This document shows, piece by piece, positions 61,359 to 64,000 of a stretch of 64,000 nt of DNA (the first letter of the stretch is position 1; every line of letters begins with the position of its first letter). Made by a program: the position numbers and the translations under genes. Source of the stretch: Nemertoderma westbladi (Eukaryota; Animalia; Xenacoelomorpha); assembly GCA_032718475.1 (NCBI GenBank), contig JAUCBJ010008061.1, positions 1-64,000 of the forward strand. The letters run 5' to 3'. The notes under the pieces were generated by a model. The model was not told the origin of the DNA. It worked only from the letters and a program-made list of their open reading frames with translations, and made no database searches.

Positions 61359-61742
61359 TTACCGTCCGCGGTTAATTTTTTTCGCAATAGCCGCTCCAGC
61401 GGCGGCGGCACCAGCACTCGCGGCGAGTTTCGCACCAATGCTGAGTAAGGGTATTAGAAACGGTAGTATGCCTCCAGATTGATTGCTTAACTTTTTTCTG
61501 TAACTTGATATATTTTTTGTTTTGCGGTTGAGTGATTTCAATAACTTTTTATAGCGGCGAATATTTCTAAATGAATGAGGGGTCAATTTTACGTTACCTT
61601 TTAGAATATTTAATGCAGTATTTACAATGAACCGTATTAATTCGTTACTCGCGGTATGGTTAATAAAATAAGTTCTTTGTTGAGGGGTAGCGCTGCGTAG
61701 AAATTCCAGTTCGTTATGATATTTCTGCACAAGTCTATTCAT
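61359..61742 (-). CDS. Small basic Maverick virion protein with QSGG cleavage site and hydrophobic helix
   Basis: LNILKGNVKL..NQSGGILPFLIPLLS. Confidence 0.7.
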   Translation of the reverse strand: MNRLVQKYHNELEFLRSATPQQRTYFINHTASNELIRFIVNTALNILKGNVKLTPHSFRNIRRYKKLLKSLNRKTKNISSYRKKLSNQSGGILPFLIPLLSIGAKLAASAGAAAAGAAIAKKINRGR

Positions 61743-61775
61743 TCTTGCAACATTATTGAAAATTGTTACAAAATA

Positions 61776-62459
61776 TTAATTATTATTATTATTATTATTA
61801 TTATTTTCGCTACGTTTATAGTCAATGTAATTTTTAATGTAACAATTATGATTACGAAATATATCCGATCTAAATCTTAAATGTTCGGGTGTTTCCTGTC
61901 GTAAATCAATTAAGAAATGTGAAAATGGTTCAATAGTCGCATCTTGATAGGAATCTACTAAAAATTTGGTCTGCCCTGGTAACATCTGCTTCGCGAAATT
62001 TAAAACCGATAAACTGTCTCGCGGATTTTTCATTAATACTAAGGTATGGCTATTAATTGATCTTGTGCGGTTATGCTTCCCACCGTAAAACATGTTTTGC
62101 GTTATAAAACAAATAAATATATTGGAATGATGAGCTACCTTAGTAAACAATACAGTTAAAGCTGTACTGGACTCAGTTTCTGTTAATAAATCATCTATAA
62201 TTAATAAATCTCGACTATTCACTAAACTATCTATATTTTCAGGCAAACCTTTGTAAAGGTGTGTAATACCAGGAATAGTCGGGGGATTGCTCCCGTAACA
62301 ATACAATACTCGCAAGGGGGGTTCGTTGAAACAACCATTCTTGTGTTTAATTAAATTGCTGACAAATGTAGACTTTCCGGAACCAGACGGGCCAGAAATT
62401 ATCATACTCGTTCCCATTTGAAAGTTTAAATTATATGGACCTGAATTAAAGTCAGCCAT
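61776..62459 (-). CDS. A32/FtsK-like genome packaging ATPase
   Basis: Walker A GPSGSGKS, Walker B LLIIDD, ITQN, RSINS..LMKNPRD. Confidence 0.93.
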   Translation of the reverse strand: MADFNSGPYNLNFQMGTSMIISGPSGSGKSTFVSNLIKHKNGCFNEPPLRVLYCYGSNPPTIPGITHLYKGLPENIDSLVNSRDLLIIDDLLTETESSTALTVLFTKVAHHSNIFICFITQNMFYGGKHNRTRSINSHTLVLMKNPRDSLSVLNFAKQMLPGQTKFLVDSYQDATIEPFSHFLIDLRQETPEHLRFRSDIFRNHNCYIKNYIDYKRSENNNNNNNNN

Positions 62460-62645
62460 TTATTATTATTATTAAGATATATCAACAATACAATATAATA
62501 TAATATAATATAAATATCAATAAACCATCACCATTACTATGTATATATGTAACAATTCACAAAAAACAGCATTTTACAACAAAAAGTATGTACAACTGTA
62601 GTATTAGTATATTTATCATGGTAATCTTTCGTTCTATTTATTACC

Positions 62646-63347
62646 TTATTTGAAAAGATTGTGTAATCGTATACCTGCAATCAACAGACATTGTTTTCGA
62701 TTTAAATAATGTCCATACCAAGTGAGATAGCGGTGACATCGTATAAATTCGTTATACTTCTTAGTTTGACATTTACGTTCTATACCACGTCCGTAGCATT
62801 TAGTACTGGAAATATGACTTAGAGTATGCTCAGTCAAAGTGCGAATTACTCTCATACACAAATCATTGCAAAGAATACCTTCATCAAGTTTCAAATAATA
62901 CTTTTTTGGTTTTATACCTCTTGAAGATGATTCATCTTTATATGTCTTAAAGTAAATATCAAAACTACGTAAATTCTTATTTAATTTTACTGTGATATTT
63001 TTATGTTCTTCATCAAACAACCAAGGTACCATAAAGCCGCCTTTTTTCACTATATATCGATAAAAAATATTCTGTGATATTGTAAATAACTCGTTAGGTT
63101 CGTTACTTTTTCCTGAAATGTAAATAGAATTCCGCAGCTCTTTCCAATAATATGGATTATATAACTTGTTTACTCTGCAAAGTGTCTGTACTCTACAAAT
63201 TGGACAAATTTTAGTACAATCATTAATTTCAACATGTTGATCAATACATGTCACGCAAGTTCCATGTTTATTAACACATATGTAACAATCAAGATGTTTT
63301 AAATTAGAATAACAAATACTACAATTTGTGTTTATTAATATATCCAT
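62646..63347 (-). CDS. C3HC4 RING finger protein
   Basis: CSIC..CVNKHGTCVTC..CPICR at the N-terminus. Confidence 0.8.
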   Translation of the reverse strand: MDILINTNCSICYSNLKHLDCYICVNKHGTCVTCIDQHVEINDCTKICPICRVQTLCRVNKLYNPYYWKELRNSIYISGKSNEPNELFTISQNIFYRYIVKKGGFMVPWLFDEEHKNITVKLNKNLRSFDIYFKTYKDESSSRGIKPKKYYLKLDEGILCNDLCMRVIRTLTEHTLSHISSTKCYGRGIERKCQTKKYNEFIRCHRYLTWYGHYLNRKQCLLIAGIRLHNLFK

Positions 63348-63414
63348 TTTTCTTAAATAACCAAACCAAAATCGTTAAAATGTTGATAAAATATTTATAA
63401 TATAGCTGAAAGAG

Positions 63415-63840
63415 TCAAGAATCATCTTCATTGTCATCGGTTTCATCAGTGGTTACAAGGGTTTCTTTCGAAATAATAACAATAAACAAAGCCATACTTT
63501 CATAAGCATTTTTACGATCTAATTTGATCTCAAACTTTTCACATTTATTGCTCGCTATATTACCACTATATTGAGTAATAACAATAAAGTTATCTGACAT
63601 TGATAAAATTGTGAATTTATCTAAATCATCTTCTTCTTTGTAATCTAAAAGGTAATTAGTAGAATCTACCTCACCGAAAATATCAATAGATTGTAGTTCT
63701 TTTCTTGCTTGTTCAGAAATGTCTATTTTAAAATTAGGTTGTGAAGGACAATAAATAGTGTTACCAATAACAATACAAGTAAGATTATCTACAGTATTAA
63801 ATGTATGTCTTATTACAGGCGCAGGTGTATCAGAAGACAT
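63415..63840 (-). CDS. Unknown acidic Maverick ORF (likely start MSSDTP)
   Basis: 141-aa ORF whose ATG follows an (AAT)n run, as in neighbouring genes. Confidence 0.55.
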   Translation of the reverse strand: MSSDTPAPVIRHTFNTVDNLTCIVIGNTIYCPSQPNFKIDISEQARKELQSIDIFGEVDSTNYLLDYKEEDDLDKFTILSMSDNFIVITQYSGNIASNKCEKFEIKLDRKNAYESMALFIVIISKETLVTTDETDDNEDDS

Positions 63841-64000
63841 TATTATTATTATTATTTTATGTAATAACAATTAAATAACAGCGACAAGACAGATAAATAA
63901 ATATTAATGATATTTTTTTCTATTCTATTCATATATTTATATAGATCATGTTATATATATACAACCAATCAACTAAGAACACGTGTCACATGTAACCAAT

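Larger units (their letters stand above)
37879..64000. mobile_element. Maverick/Polinton (adintovirus-like) element, decaying; termini not visible
   Basis: Compact, intronless, AT-rich genes for pPolB, adenain-like protease, major capsid, minor capsids, retroviral-type integrase and A32-like ATPase. Confidence 0.93.

Overview
This is eukaryotic DNA, probably from an invertebrate animal, made almost entirely of nested mobile elements; I see no host genes, rRNA or CRISPR. It holds (1) a family of Bel/Pao LTR retrotransposons: one full-length copy at 43833-57254 (TSD TACCG), three non-autonomous copies and a solo LTR; (2) a decaying Maverick/Polinton (adintovirus-like) element from about 37.9 kb to the window end, with pPolB, protease, major capsid (split by the Bel/Pao copy), two minor capsids, integrase and packaging ATPase; (3) two IS3EU-like DDE transposons, one carrying a HECT E3 ligase; and (4) MULE-, Kolobok- and MITE-type non-autonomous elements. 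The most notable signals follow. The Bel/Pao family has no tRNA primer-binding site; the 9 nt after the 5' LTR instead co-vary with a complementary 9-mer inside the LTR, which suggests Tf1-like self-priming. The full-length copy carries an extra ORF (DEDDy exonuclease plus three CCHC knuckles) where env would sit. The Maverick encodes a TBP-like protein in frame with pPolB, and a PRDM9-like PR/SET pseudogene lies next to it. All domain calls come from motif recognition by eye; no searches were run.
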